Virus record (IMG/VR): IMGVR_UViG_3300042889_002336
Length of the DNA stretch: 64,000 bases
Strand: one strand, 5' to 3'
Source: an uncultured virus (IMG/VR IMGVR_UViG_3300042889_002336)
Taxonomy: Duplodnaviria > Heunggongvirae > Uroviricota > Caudoviricetes
Numbering within the stretch: position 1 is the first letter of the stretch; every line of letters begins with the position of its first letter. Under the pieces are notes generated by a model that saw only the letters and a list, made by a program, of their open reading frames with translations, was not told where the DNA came from and made no database searches. Below, in pieces: positions 27,998 through 38,440 of this stretch. The translations under genes and the position numbers were made by a program.

Positions 27998-29851
27998 CTA
28001 GTTATCTAAATCCTTAATATTCTCTTCATTTAAAAGATCTAGCTCTTTCTCCGCCTCTTGTTCAAAGAGGTTTTGCTTTTTACCAGTGAATATATTCTTG
28101 TTTCTAAGAAAAACTGACATTGTATTATTTATGCCTTCTTTAACGTTTTCATTATCGCTTGGAAAGCCGCCCTTCATTCCTTGAACTCCTAATCTATCTC
28201 TCCCACCCATAGGATCTGCATTTGTTCCAATTACAGACATTTTTTCTCTAGGTCTTCCAGGTAGATTTTCATCATACCCTGCCGGTAATTCACCTTGCTC
28301 TCTTCCGTAAATTGAAGCTAAATCGTGAGGTGTTCCAAAAGACATTCCTGTTGCTACTGGGTCATTACCTTCGTTTTCAATTTGAGATAATCTAAACTCT
28401 CTTTTAGCATCCTCTCTGATAAGTTCTCTCATTTCGTTATAGTTATCTTCTGAGATATCAAATAACATATCGTAAATATAATCTGAAGAGAATAATTTAG
28501 TTGCTTGCATTTGAGTTGCTAAATCAACTTTCTCTTTCCAAAGAGCTACTTTTTCTTGTTCGTAAATAATAGAAGGAGTAGTCAACTTAATTTCAAAGTT
28601 TACTAACGACTCTTTGTCAAATCCTTGTGAATATAAATGTACTAATCCTATTTTAGTTAATTCACTCTCTACAATTCTTTGAAGTCTTTCTACTGTTCTA
28701 GCAAAACGGATATCTTCTGCTGCAAGAGTTGCTTTACCTGTAAGATCTTTCTCAAATCCAAAGTATGCTTTAGGCACTTTTAATGCTGCAAACATCTTAT
28801 CTCTTAAGTACTCAATATCATTTGTTCCATCGTAATCAAGTCCTTTAGTAGTCTCAATTCTTGTAGATGTATCTCCACCTCTAACTGGTAAGTAGAAATC
28901 CTCCATCATGTTTTGCATGTTGAATTTCAAATTATATTGACCTGTTTGTGGATCTACATAAGGAGTTTTCTTAATATTGTTAATTGTTTTTTGCATGAAC
29001 TGCTCAACTTCATTTGGTGGAATAGATCCTACGTTAATGTAGAACATTCTCTTCTCAGGAGCTCTCATGATTCTATGAATCAACATTGCATCCTCCATTA
29101 AAGTTAATTGTTTATATATTTTACGAGCTGGTTCAATATAAGATCTACCGTATGGTAGGTAATTTGTATCTGATATTAATCTAAAGTGTGCTACTTCGTA
29201 GTTGTCTAATTTAATTACATTCTTATCGTTATTTGGAATATAATTTGGATCTGATGAAGAAGCTAATCCGTCTGGATCGATTGAGAATGTTACTTTGGTT
29301 GGATCATCTTTATCCATCCCCTCATGTCTTACCATATGGTAAACTGTATATGGAATAACATTATATACTCCAAACTTTTCTGATACTTCTAATTTTAAAA
29401 AGAAGTCCCCGTACTTGCACATATTTCTAACCCATGACCATAGGTTAAATTCGATGTTTAATACATCGTAGTATAAATTATAAAGGACTCTTTGTATGTT
29501 TTCGTCTGTAGATTTAATTGAAAGAACCTCCCCCATTGCACTCTTCAATGTAGATTCATCTGCTAAGATATCTAAAGTAGAAGCAATAAGTGGATCTGTG
29601 TCCATTGCTTCATAGTCTGAGTATAGTTGTATCCTTAATGTCTGGTAATTAAGGTTTGGGTTAAAGATGTTCTTATTATTGTAGATATATAAACGAGAGA
29701 ATCTATCCAATAGTGAATTGGTTTGATATTTCCCTGTCGACTGTATGTGATTAATATCAGCAATCTTTAACTCATCTCCTCCTACATTTCTAACTAATAT
29801 ATCAGTTGAGAATAATCTCTGGAGTGAGGTGAATAAATTTCTTTCTGCCAT
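27998..29851 (-). CDS. gp20: Portal protein (T4 gp20-like)
   Basis: L.LMEDAMLIHRIMRAPEKRMFYINVG..P, MMEDFYLPVRG, DIEYL..K.F.ALKVP, E.IRF...V.RLQ. Confidence 0.94.
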   Translation of the reverse strand: MAERNLFTSLQRLFSTDILVRNVGGDELKIADINHIQSTGKYQTNSLLDRFSRLYIYNNKNIFNPNLNYQTLRIQLYSDYEAMDTDPLIASTLDILADESTLKSAMGEVLSIKSTDENIQRVLYNLYYDVLNIEFNLWSWVRNMCKYGDFFLKLEVSEKFGVYNVIPYTVYHMVRHEGMDKDDPTKVTFSIDPDGLASSSDPNYIPNNDKNVIKLDNYEVAHFRLISDTNYLPYGRSYIEPARKIYKQLTLMEDAMLIHRIMRAPEKRMFYINVGSIPPNEVEQFMQKTINNIKKTPYVDPQTGQYNLKFNMQNMMEDFYLPVRGGDTSTRIETTKGLDYDGTNDIEYLRDKMFAALKVPKAYFGFEKDLTGKATLAAEDIRFARTVERLQRIVESELTKIGLVHLYSQGFDKESLVNFEIKLTTPSIIYEQEKVALWKEKVDLATQMQATKLFSSDYIYDMLFDISEDNYNEMRELIREDAKREFRLSQIENEGNDPVATGMSFGTPHDLASIYGREQGELPAGYDENLPGRPREKMSVIGTNADPMGGRDRLGVQGMKGGFPSDNENVKEGINNTMSVFLRNKNIFTGKKQNLFEQEAEKELDLLNEENIKDLDN

Positions 29852-29880
29852 TTTAAAATGTTTTATTTATAAATAGTAAC

Positions 29881-31455
29881 TTATCCTAATAGCCAGGTTA
29901 AGTCCTCTTGGCCATTTGGTGTCTCCATAAGATACGGATTATTATGCATAGGAGCAACATTATATACACCAGGAGTTCTTTGGTTAAGATTAACAAAAGA
30001 GTTCATTGTAGCTCTTGAAAGATCCATTCCTTGTTGTCTCATTCTAATGGCTGTATCTCTAACATATAATGCTGTAGCAAAAGCCATAATTAAATCATCA
30101 TTATACCCTGACTGTGCCTGTGCTTTACCATTTCTCCATATGAATACCCTCATTTCAGCTAATAACCTCTTAGACTGCACTATAACCGATCTTTCCCGTA
30201 TGTATTCAGTCATCTTAGCTATTACTAGAGGTCTAGTCTTTAAGGACATTGTAAATCCTGGTACTAATTTATCTCTTTCGTACTTGGCCATATACGATTC
30301 AACTGTTTCATTATCTGATCTTGAGGAATAATACAGGTTTTTATACTCTCTGGATATTACTTGTTCAATAGTTGACCATCCGATATTAGCATTTTCTATT
30401 ACTAGTAATGCATCACAATATTCTGTTGCTATTCCTACCAATACGTTTCCGTATTCTTTAGGTGATATCTTACCTTTATACTCTGCAACCTGCACACAGT
30501 TCTCAATATCAAAGACATGAAAGCCGGAGTAGTCGGTAGAGTCCCCTCTAGCGACGTCGGCAACAACCATATACGACTTTTGATAGTCAGGTGATTCCCA
30601 TATCCAAAGATTTCCGTCTACACCTCTCTTTTCAGTTGGTTCTTTTACATATGTCTCTTCGTAGAAAGCCATATTCTCAACCTCAATTACTGAGTCTCCA
30701 GATGATAAGAAGTCACAATCACACTCTTGAGCTGCTTGTTTCTCTCCTAATTGTCTTGTTTGTTCATCTCTCCAGTCTTGTTTTCTTTCCGGATGCACAT
30801 CCCATTTTAATTTAACAGGTACAAATCCATTCTCTCCTGCTTCAGCTTTTTCCCATGTCTTATGGAACCAGTTTCCTACACCATTTGGAGTAGAAAGAGC
30901 CATACATTGTCCTCCGGTAGCAAGTGTTTGTTGAGCTGCAGTAAATGTTTCTTCAATATTATCAATGAAGGCTGCCTCATCTATTAATAGTAGCGATACC
31001 GCTTCTGAACGAGCTGCATCTGCGTTAGATGATTTAGCTGTAATTTTAGAACCGTTTTTAAGTCTAAGAGATAATTTATTCTTTTCTGTAAAAGGTAACT
31101 GTAACCATTTTGGTAGATTCTCATACATGAAAATCGTTTTGGTTACAAGGTTTCTAGCTGTTGCTTGAGTAATCGCAAGTGCTAGTACGTTTTTATCTTT
31201 ATGGAAGATCATTAACCATAAAGCATATGCTGAGGCTAGTGTAGAGATTCCTAACTGTCTTGATTTAAGAGTTACTATAAACTTTTCATCTCTAAATAAA
31301 TGCAGTACTCCTTCTTGAAACGGGTAGAGGTTAAATAAGATTCTACCTCTGGTCGGATGTTGAATATAGCAATACTTCTTCATGAAGTAAGCCGGGTCTT
31401 TTGCACATTTTATGTACTCTTGTGCAACTATTTGTTTTATATCTTGTTGTGACAT
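29881..31455 (-). CDS. gp17: Terminase large subunit (T4 gp17-like)
   Basis: KSRQLGIST, LLLIDEAAF, STPNG.GN.F, QEC.C.F, RNase H-like VADVARG..DYS and DDLIMA. Confidence 0.95.
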   Translation of the reverse strand: MSQQDIKQIVAQEYIKCAKDPAYFMKKYCYIQHPTRGRILFNLYPFQEGVLHLFRDEKFIVTLKSRQLGISTLASAYALWLMIFHKDKNVLALAITQATARNLVTKTIFMYENLPKWLQLPFTEKNKLSLRLKNGSKITAKSSNADAARSEAVSLLLIDEAAFIDNIEETFTAAQQTLATGGQCMALSTPNGVGNWFHKTWEKAEAGENGFVPVKLKWDVHPERKQDWRDEQTRQLGEKQAAQECDCDFLSSGDSVIEVENMAFYEETYVKEPTEKRGVDGNLWIWESPDYQKSYMVVADVARGDSTDYSGFHVFDIENCVQVAEYKGKISPKEYGNVLVGIATEYCDALLVIENANIGWSTIEQVISREYKNLYYSSRSDNETVESYMAKYERDKLVPGFTMSLKTRPLVIAKMTEYIRERSVIVQSKRLLAEMRVFIWRNGKAQAQSGYNDDLIMAFATALYVRDTAIRMRQQGMDLSRATMNSFVNLNQRTPGVYNVAPMHNNPYLMETPNGQEDLTWLLG

Positions 31456-31489
31456 ATTATATATGTATATAATATAAATATAGGGATAT

Positions 31490-31515
31490 AAAAAAACCCA
31501 CCTTTATAGGGTGGG
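31490..31515 (-). terminator. Intrinsic terminator
   Basis: CCCACC/GGTGGG stem plus U-tract. Confidence 0.7.
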
Positions 31516-31537
31516 CTTGTTTAATTACTCTGTAATA

Positions 31538-32554
31538 TTATTTTCTATTTTCTGCTAAGAATTTTCTTAAGTCAAATCCTTCCTGTAAAGCTTCAGTAGC
31601 TTTTTCTTTAACTGGAGTTTCTTTCTTTTCTTTACCTGAGAATTTTTTATCGAATTCTTTTCTTAATTTCTCTTCTGCTTTTCTTAATGCTGCAATATCT
31701 TTACGCATTTGTTTAACAGCTTTTTGATCGATATGCTCAGCATGCTCTCCTTCTTCTAAAGACCCTACTTTAGCTTCTAAAGCTTCGTAAACTCTTTTCA
31801 TCTCATCCATTTTATATTTGTGAGCTGCTTCGTTTGTTCCGTGTTCAATCTCTTTCATCAATTCTTCAATTGAATTGTATTTTGGAAGAGGTTTTTCTTG
31901 TACCATTTCTTCTTCTGCCATTGGTACTTCTTCTGCCATTGGTACTTCTTCTGCTACAGCCTGTGGTGCTATACCTAAAGCATCTTGAACCATTTCAACA
32001 AGTCTTCTCTCTTTAGCAGTTAATTTTGTTTCTTTCATCATTGGTTTTTTATTATTTTCATAAAGCGATTGAGCAGCCATATCTCCTAACTCTCCTGATT
32101 GGTATAATTCGTCTGTTAATTGCTCCAACTCTTCCTCACTTAAAGGAGTTCCATCTTCAAATTCTGCAGATATAATATATGCATCTACAAAGTCAGGGTA
32201 ATCGTCTGGGTCGATTCCATCGATTTGAATAGAGCTGTAATTTACCCCTTCTAATCCTGGTTGTGGTTCTGCTTGTGGTTTAGCAGCTGGTACTTGGTAA
32301 GGCTGTACTGATTTTATTGACTGTACGAAGTCTGGGTTGTCTATAAAGATATCTGCAAAAACCTCTTCTGCTTGTTCTGGTGTTTCTGCATTTAGTATTC
32401 TAGAGTCTCCTCCTCCGTATTTGTTTACGAAACTTACTTGGAAAGCTTTTTGATTCTCATCAAATCCGTCTACTCTTGCTTCTTTAAGAAGTTGTGCATT
32501 TTTTGTAAGGTTATTCTCTGTTAAGAATGATCTTAAATTAAAATTATCTGCCAT
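31538..32554 (-). CDS. Putative internal head protein carrying the tag at both ends
   Basis: N-terminal MADNFNLRSFLTENNLT..LLKE, C-terminal EGFDLRKFLAENRK; EEVPMA tandem repeat. Confidence 0.65.
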   Translation of the reverse strand: MADNFNLRSFLTENNLTKNAQLLKEARVDGFDENQKAFQVSFVNKYGGGDSRILNAETPEQAEEVFADIFIDNPDFVQSIKSVQPYQVPAAKPQAEPQPGLEGVNYSSIQIDGIDPDDYPDFVDAYIISAEFEDGTPLSEEELEQLTDELYQSGELGDMAAQSLYENNKKPMMKETKLTAKERRLVEMVQDALGIAPQAVAEEVPMAEEVPMAEEEMVQEKPLPKYNSIEELMKEIEHGTNEAAHKYKMDEMKRVYEALEAKVGSLEEGEHAEHIDQKAVKQMRKDIAALRKAEEKLRKEFDKKFSGKEKKETPVKEKATEALQEGFDLRKFLAENRK

Positions 32555-32588
32555 TGTAGTTTATTTTTGTTTATAAATAGTCTATCAT

Positions 32589-33593
32589 TTAGTTATCAGT
32601 TCCGTAAACCTGTGTATATATTCTGTCTAGTGCACTAAACATTCCTGTAGATACAAGCTGGCTCATTGTTATTTTACTTTTCTCTACTGCAGGGAAGTTA
32701 ACTGAGGTTGTAGTTTCCCCAGAGCTTCTTCTAATAAAAGTTGGGGATACGTTTAGGTATTTAGATTTTATATCGGCAACTACTATTACATCTCCCTTAC
32801 TATCTACTAAGTTCCATCCTGATTTACTTGCTTTAGCTCTTGTCGGGCTTGTTGGAATTACTCTACTTTGCTTAAAAGTATCCATTACTTCTGTATAGTC
32901 GTACTTTAATGTATGTATTGTAATTTTTGTAAGTAACTTGGTGTTTTTATCTGTAGTTTTTTCTACCCATACAAAAAACTCACTATTGCTAGGTCCTGTA
33001 AGTTTTTTTGCAATAGCATCTATTCTTGCAATAATATCTGGGTAATATTCCTTAGCAGCTTCAACTGTTTCTAATTGACCTACAGTGTATTTCGTTAATT
33101 CTGGATTTGCTTTAAAGTAGTTTGCTAATTCAATTGCTCTACTATCCATTACTTCTTTCTCACTACCTAGTCCAATTTTAGTATCTCCTGATGTAGTTTT
33201 TAAACTTATATTATGTCCATTGACTACTAGGTCGGTTAATCCTTGTGCTCCTCCTGTATGTTGAGTCTCTATTCCTTTGCTTGCTAGAAGCTTTGCAAGT
33301 AATACTTCTGAGATAGTCCCTAATGAGTTTGGATCGAATAGCATAAATACTTTAAGGTATTTAGCATAATCTTCTTTTATTGAATTAAATGCTTCTCTTA
33401 GGTACTTAACATCTGCATCCGTTGCATTACTTTCATTTTCCTTTTCATCTTCTTTTGACTTTTCCTCTAAAACTATCCCAAATTCAGAATAAATCTCTTT
33501 CAATACTTTCATATCGCCAGGATTATTCATATCTGGATAGCCTTTCTTACATCGAAAAGCCCATTCTGCAACTATTTTATCTACTACGCTCAT
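32589..33593 (-). CDS. Hypothetical protein, possible PD-(D/E)xK-type nuclease
   Basis: GTISEVLL...TDLVVNGHNISLKT resembles the restriction-endonuclease-like E..D..(S)xK arrangement. Confidence 0.45.
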   Translation of the reverse strand: MSVVDKIVAEWAFRCKKGYPDMNNPGDMKVLKEIYSEFGIVLEEKSKEDEKENESNATDADVKYLREAFNSIKEDYAKYLKVFMLFDPNSLGTISEVLLAKLLASKGIETQHTGGAQGLTDLVVNGHNISLKTTSGDTKIGLGSEKEVMDSRAIELANYFKANPELTKYTVGQLETVEAAKEYYPDIIARIDAIAKKLTGPSNSEFFVWVEKTTDKNTKLLTKITIHTLKYDYTEVMDTFKQSRVIPTSPTRAKASKSGWNLVDSKGDVIVVADIKSKYLNVSPTFIRRSSGETTTSVNFPAVEKSKITMSQLVSTGMFSALDRIYTQVYGTDN

Positions 33594-35464
33594 TAAAGTG
33601 CTTCTGGTGTTTCTGGTTCTGTTCCTGCTTCTTCTTCACCTGCTGGTGTTTCTTCTGCTCCAAATTCAGCTGCTGGTTCTCCTCCGGCTTCTCCACCTGG
33701 AAAGTCTCCACCACCTCCACCTGCTGGTGCTGCTGGATCTGCTCCGAATTCTTCTCCACCTGGTTCTTCACCTTGAGAGATTGGTCCGTTTTTAAGAATA
33801 TCGTTTATTTTGTCTAAAGCTTGTTGATAGTCTTGTAGAGTATCTAAATAGTATTTTTTACCTTCTATTTGTGCTTCAAACCCTTTACCCATCCATTTTA
33901 AATTAAAGGATTGACCGTTTTTAAGATCAACTGCAAATGTGGAAGGTTTTGGTGCTACCCATCTTATGTCTGTTACAAATTCTGGGTATTCTTTTGTGAA
34001 TAGAGATGTTATTGCTTTCTTTACTGTAGGAAATTTTCCCAGTATTTCATCTGTAGATGTTTCTAATACTGCTCCTTCTTCTTCTCTAAGAACTTCAATG
34101 TATGCCTCTAACATTAACTCCCTTATTTCCTCTTTAGTTATTTTTTTAGAAATAGTATTTCTTCTATTTTTTAAATATTTATCTGTCTTATCGACTTTTC
34201 CATCATTATTGATATCGTCATCTTCTTTTCCAACGGCATCTAAAGCTTCATTTTTAAAAGGCCTTGGACAAGGTGTACCTTTAACATGGGTATGTCCACA
34301 TCTTCCGCAGTATGTTGCTTTCTTTTCATTTAATGCTAATGCAACTATTCTAGTTTCTTGATCTTGATGCTTTTCTGACTCTGTATATCCTGCTGCTGAA
34401 TCCAGATAATCTTCTGCTTTTGTCAGTTTAGCTTGAACCCATGCATCTAATTGATCATCATCTCCTAATAGATCCATCATCTTACTTGCGTTTGATTGAA
34501 TAGACCTTAACTGTGCTTTTGCCATTGAAGATTCGTCATCTGGCTGTAAGTGGTCATCTTCTTGTAAAGCAGGTGCATTCATTTTAATAAAATCATCCGA
34601 TACTGCAAATACTATTACCTTTCCAGCTCCATTATCCGATACATCGATATCTTCTATGTTATATTTTGCTTGTAACTTATCTGCTACTGCTTGTCCGATT
34701 TCCATTGCTTTTTTAATTCCAAACTCTCTCTCTTGTCCAGACAATGTTTTTTGTCCGTAAGCTTTTAAGTGCCCTACTCCTTCTGGGTATTTAATGAATA
34801 CTTTTAAAAAGTTAGGATTGTTAGGATCTTTGGTAGCATATGGCTTAAAGTCTTTTGAGTCGAAATTACCTTCTGCTATGTTTTTATTCATCTGTGAAGG
34901 ATCTGTTGGTGTTTGCATTGCTGCCATATCATCGTACTCAGTGTCTGTAGGTTCTCCTACATACTTTTTCATTGCATCACTTAGTTTATCTTCTAGTTCA
35001 GGAGTCGGCATAGAGACAGTATTTCCTTGTGTTATCACAAAGTCTACTAGCTCTATTGGCTCAGTTCCTAAATCTAATAAAATTGCTGTTCCTTCTGGGT
35101 TAAGGTCAAATTTAAAAGTGTCTACTCCCTTATCATTTCCGTATTCAACATGAATATTGAATTTATCAACTCCTATTCCTGTAAGTTTTAGTTTTGAGAT
35201 TTCATCTCCTTGAGCTCTAAGAACTTTTACAAGAGATTTAGCTACTGCTTTTCCTACGGCTGCTGATTCTTGAGTAGTATATTTACGTACTTCTTCTTTT
35301 ATCCTTTTACCATCTGCAGTATCTATTTTTGCAATATCCTGATTATCTTTCAAACCTGTGAGTTCATCGTCTTTCTTATACTCGATTGTCTTCTTCTCAC
35401 CTTTTGAAGTCTGGATAAATGCTGTCTTTTCTCCTGCTTCTACTATTCTTATTAATTTCTTCAT
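33593..35464 (-). CDS. Modular hypothetical protein (possible head polyprotein)
   Basis: 623 aa; short modules ([23 protein letters not shown]-hand-like) separated by x-x-E sites; acidic G/E/P tail. Confidence 0.65.
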   Translation of the reverse strand: MKKLIRIVEAGEKTAFIQTSKGEKKTIEYKKDDELTGLKDNQDIAKIDTADGKRIKEEVRKYTTQESAAVGKAVAKSLVKVLRAQGDEISKLKLTGIGVDKFNIHVEYGNDKGVDTFKFDLNPEGTAILLDLGTEPIELVDFVITQGNTVSMPTPELEDKLSDAMKKYVGEPTDTEYDDMAAMQTPTDPSQMNKNIAEGNFDSKDFKPYATKDPNNPNFLKVFIKYPEGVGHLKAYGQKTLSGQEREFGIKKAMEIGQAVADKLQAKYNIEDIDVSDNGAGKVIVFAVSDDFIKMNAPALQEDDHLQPDDESSMAKAQLRSIQSNASKMMDLLGDDDQLDAWVQAKLTKAEDYLDSAAGYTESEKHQDQETRIVALALNEKKATYCGRCGHTHVKGTPCPRPFKNEALDAVGKEDDDINNDGKVDKTDKYLKNRRNTISKKITKEEIRELMLEAYIEVLREEEGAVLETSTDEILGKFPTVKKAITSLFTKEYPEFVTDIRWVAPKPSTFAVDLKNGQSFNLKWMGKGFEAQIEGKKYYLDTLQDYQQALDKINDILKNGPISQGEEPGGEEFGADPAAPAGGGGGDFPGGEAGGEPAAEFGAEETPAGEEEAGTEPETPEAL

Positions 35465-35523
35465 ATTATAATATCTAAAGATAGTTATTTTGAACTATAT
35501 ATACAAATAAATAGTTAATTTTT

Positions 35524-35952
35524 TTACTGACAGTGGTAATTTAAGTATCTCTGCAATGCTTTTGCATAGTGAGTACCTTTATCTTCTAACTTACTTCTTT
35601 CTGCTCTTACTTTTGAACATGTAAGTTTACCTAACCTTTTTTTTAAAATACCTGGTTCTACTGGGTCGTGTTTACCTTCCTCTATATTGGATAATTTATC
35701 GTAATATTTAGGATCTTCGTATACATGGTCAAAAGCTATTTCCATAGCAATATCTAAATCTGTTGTATGTTCTGATTCTGTCTTTACTCCTTTTACTATC
35801 TGCTTTATGATTTGATCTAAAGGAAGATTATGCATTGTAGCTAAATCTCCAATAGTAGCAAACTGTGCTAGTCCTCCTGGTATTTCATTAGGAGCAGGTG
35901 TTGAAGCATCTAATACCTCTTTAATTATCTTTTTTAGTTGACTTTTTTTCAT
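35524..35952 (-). CDS. Hypothetical protein (MKKS tag family)
   Basis: MKKSQLKKIIKE; G..TE.EHT.D...A.EIA.DH..EDP.YY.KL module. Confidence 0.65.
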   Translation of the reverse strand: MKKSQLKKIIKEVLDASTPAPNEIPGGLAQFATIGDLATMHNLPLDQIIKQIVKGVKTESEHTTDLDIAMEIAFDHVYEDPKYYDKLSNIEEGKHDPVEPGILKKRLGKLTCSKVRAERSKLEDKGTHYAKALQRYLNYHCQ

Positions 35953-36565
35953 TTTCTAAAGTGTAGTAGTAAGTATTTTCATTACCTTTTTCCATTGTCC
36001 ATTTATCGGAAACCGATTCACAGAACCAGTCTTTATTATCAATCATCCAATCCGGTTTATCAGGGAATGGTTGAGTTACAAAAGACATATCTCTCCACAT
36101 TAACCTATTGTTTGGCTGGAGAGTAAAGTTCCCATTATCTAATTTAATTAGATGTGCTGCTTTATATTGTGTTGGTTCGTTAGAATATGGATTATCGTAC
36201 CAGTCAAATGTCATGATATAATTACCCCACTCTTTACTTCCGTCTTTAAATATTGCTTTTACTCTTGATTGAAGTAAGTAATCGTATGCTGTACATGATA
36301 CTTCATGTCCAAAACAATCCCATAATTGTAAGTGGTCTAAAGCCATTCTAGGAGCATCATCTTTCCAAGCAAGCATGTGAATTGGAACTCTTGATCTAAC
36401 AGCTCCTTCATCAGTCATTACATGGAAGGTAAGAGCTCTTCCTCCTACAGATTGTACTCCAAATACAATTACATCTTGCATACCTTCTCTTCCGTCATGC
36501 TGATAGAGATGTTCGATTCGCATCTTAGCATAGAAGTGAGGTATAGATGTATTTAGTGTTGACAT
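35921..36565 (-). CDS. Conserved-looking phage hypothetical protein
   Basis: 214 aa; LQLWDCF, FDW, L.NGNF..QPNNR. Confidence 0.7.
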   Translation of the reverse strand: MSTLNTSIPHFYAKMRIEHLYQHDGREGMQDVIVFGVQSVGGRALTFHVMTDEGAVRSRVPIHMLAWKDDAPRMALDHLQLWDCFGHEVSCTAYDYLLQSRVKAIFKDGSKEWGNYIMTFDWYDNPYSNEPTQYKAAHLIKLDNGNFTLQPNNRLMWRDMSFVTQPFPDKPDWMIDNKDWFCESVSDKWTMEKGNENTYYYTLENEKKSTKKDN

Positions 36566-36879
36566 TATTTATTCTTTATTAGCAATTCTCCTAGTACTTC
36601 TAGTCTTCCTACCTCTCTTTGAAATTCAATTTGAGTCATATCTAGAGAGATCTTTTTATAAGTCTCTTCGTACTCTTTCTTTGCTTGTTCCATATCAAGC
36701 TTTCCTTCAGAAGCTTTTTTATAATACGGAGCTTTTACTTTGAAATGATGCCAGGTTAGTAAAGCAAGTCCTCCTTTTTCTTGAGCATTTGATGCTATTT
36801 TAGCTGCACCTTCTCCTCTGGTTTTAGCGAAGTCTTCTAATACCTCTTTTGCTTCTTTTAGTAGTTGTAGTAGCTTCAT
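36565..36879 (-). CDS. Hypothetical protein (MKLLQLLKEA tag)
   Basis: First 10 aa identical to 36881..37102. Confidence 0.65.
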   Translation of the reverse strand: MKLLQLLKEAKEVLEDFAKTRGEGAAKIASNAQEKGGLALLTWHHFKVKAPYYKKASEGKLDMEQAKKEYEETYKKISLDMTQIEFQREVGRLEVLGELLIKNK

Positions 36880-36880
36880 A

Positions 36881-37102
36881 TTATTTTGTGATTTTTACAC
36901 AGATGTCTTTTCCGTCTTTAGTGCCTGCATATCTGTACCCTTTCCAACAAGCTTTACCGTCAACACCTTTTACTTTTTCTGCAAGAACCTCTTTTACAAG
37001 TTCTTGGATTGCTTGTTTTACTTTAGCATATCCTGAACCATAAGGTGCTGCTTTACCTGCTTGAGGGTTATCTGCTTCTTTTAACAGTTGTAGTAGCTTC
37101 AT
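36881..37102 (-). CDS. Hypothetical protein (MKLLQLLKEA tag)
   Basis: GKAAPYGSGY and CWKGY.......C modules. Confidence 0.65.
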   Translation of the reverse strand: MKLLQLLKEADNPQAGKAAPYGSGYAKVKQAIQELVKEVLAEKVKGVDGKACWKGYRYAGTKDGKDICVKITK

Positions 37103-37103
37103 A

Positions 37104-37241
37104 TTATTTTCCTTGCCCTCTATAAAGCTTTTTATAGTTCTTAGAACTCTTCAATTTTGAAGTTTTAGATTTAGCGTGAACTCCAGGTCTAGATACTTTA
37201 GTAGTTTCTACTTTAACGGAAGATTGTGCTGCTTTTGCCAT
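37104..37241 (-). CDS. Small basic protein (45 aa), absent from the ORF track
   Basis: MAKAAQSSVKVETTKVSRPGVHAKSKTSKLKSSKNYKKLYRGQGK; fills the gap exactly; TATTTAT motif upstream at 37259-37266. Confidence 0.7.
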   Translation of the reverse strand: MAKAAQSSVKVETTKVSRPGVHAKSKTSKLKSSKNYKKLYRGQGK

Positions 37242-37280
37242 AGATATTAAATGTTTTTAATAAATATACAAAAGTATATA

Positions 37281-37859
37281 TTACTCCTCTATATGGCTCT
37301 TTATGTGTTTTAAGTACTCTTGAAGGTTTTTGCTTAACTGTTCTTTGAATTTTGAATCATTATTATTCCAATCTTCTATATCTCCTTGCTCTGTTACAAA
37401 ACTGTTAGTTACTTCTAATGAGGCTAGTACCCATTGTTCAACATCTCTTGCAAAAGCTTTAAGGCTTCCTTGCATCATATTCTTTTCATATGATTCATAT
37501 AGACCTGCTTTTCTTAGTTCTGCTTCATAATCAATTACACAATCAAAACACATTTTATGTATCTTATACATCTTATGACTGAGGTAGTAGTTCATAGATC
37601 CTCCGCATTTCGGACATGCTAACGGTATCTGGAGAGCTTTCTTTGCTGAGTCTAGTTTTGTAATATTCTGTCTTAATCCGTTTTTAATAGTCCAAGTTCT
37701 TCCACTCTCTTCCCATATATCTCCTTCTTTGTAGGCAACCTGTGCCTTAGAGTATCCAATACCGTCTACAGTCTTTGCACTAAAGTCTTTGTTAACTAAA
37801 TTTCTAGCTCTATTTACGTCTTTTGATTTGAATTCTTTTTTAAGTAAGCTCTCGCCCAT
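37281..37859 (-). CDS. Hypothetical protein with Zn-ribbon (CPKC...CFDC)
   Basis: Two CxxC pairs. Confidence 0.65.
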   Translation of the reverse strand: MGESLLKKEFKSKDVNRARNLVNKDFSAKTVDGIGYSKAQVAYKEGDIWEESGRTWTIKNGLRQNITKLDSAKKALQIPLACPKCGGSMNYYLSHKMYKIHKMCFDCVIDYEAELRKAGLYESYEKNMMQGSLKAFARDVEQWVLASLEVTNSFVTEQGDIEDWNNNDSKFKEQLSKNLQEYLKHIKSHIEE

Positions 37860-38427
37860 AACCAAGTTCTTTTAATTTATTAATAACCGATTGTATTTCT
37901 CCGTCTTTTACCTCTAATGCTATCCCTCCTTTTGCAGCAAATGCAGCTAGGTTAGAAGGTCTATCATCTATTAATATAGCTTTTTCATTTGCAAAATCCG
38001 ACTTACTTGCTCCGAACCTGAATTCTACAGGAGGGGCAGGTATTAGATGTTCTTTTACCCACAGTCTTTTCCCCAGTCTTGAAGTGTTCTGTCTAGATGG
38101 AGATGTAAGTATAGTTGGACTGTATGGCTGTATAAAAGACCATATTTCTCTTCCATTTGGCATCCAATTCATTCCTGACCAGAATTCTAATCCTATATGG
38201 TTATCAATGAAGTTCCAAAACTCTGTTTCTCCTTCAAGTTTCTCAAAGTGTTTAGGTCTTGTTACTTGGTTTATAACCTCTTTTGAATAGTACTTTGGTC
38301 CTTCTTGTCTTAACATCTCAACAAATCTGTTTTCAAAATCTGTTAATACTCCGTCCATATCACAGTATATCTGATAAGGAGGGTTAAAATCTTCTTCTGT
38401 AAGCAATAAGTCTACTAAATTTCCCAT
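37840..38427 (-). CDS. HAD-family 5'(3')-deoxyribonucleotidase-like protein
   Basis: IYCDMDGVLTDF, ILTSP, K..W, ILIDDR..N. Confidence 0.8.
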   Translation of the reverse strand: MGNLVDLLLTEEDFNPPYQIYCDMDGVLTDFENRFVEMLRQEGPKYYSKEVINQVTRPKHFEKLEGETEFWNFIDNHIGLEFWSGMNWMPNGREIWSFIQPYSPTILTSPSRQNTSRLGKRLWVKEHLIPAPPVEFRFGASKSDFANEKAILIDDRPSNLAAFAAKGGIALEVKDGEIQSVINKLKELGYGRELT

Positions 38428-38440
38428 AACCTTTTTATTT

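Noticed and set aside
21448..31455. Introns or inteins in capsid, portal or terminase genes
   Set aside because: The ORFs are continuous, of ordinary length, and show no intein or P/Q/R/S motifs.
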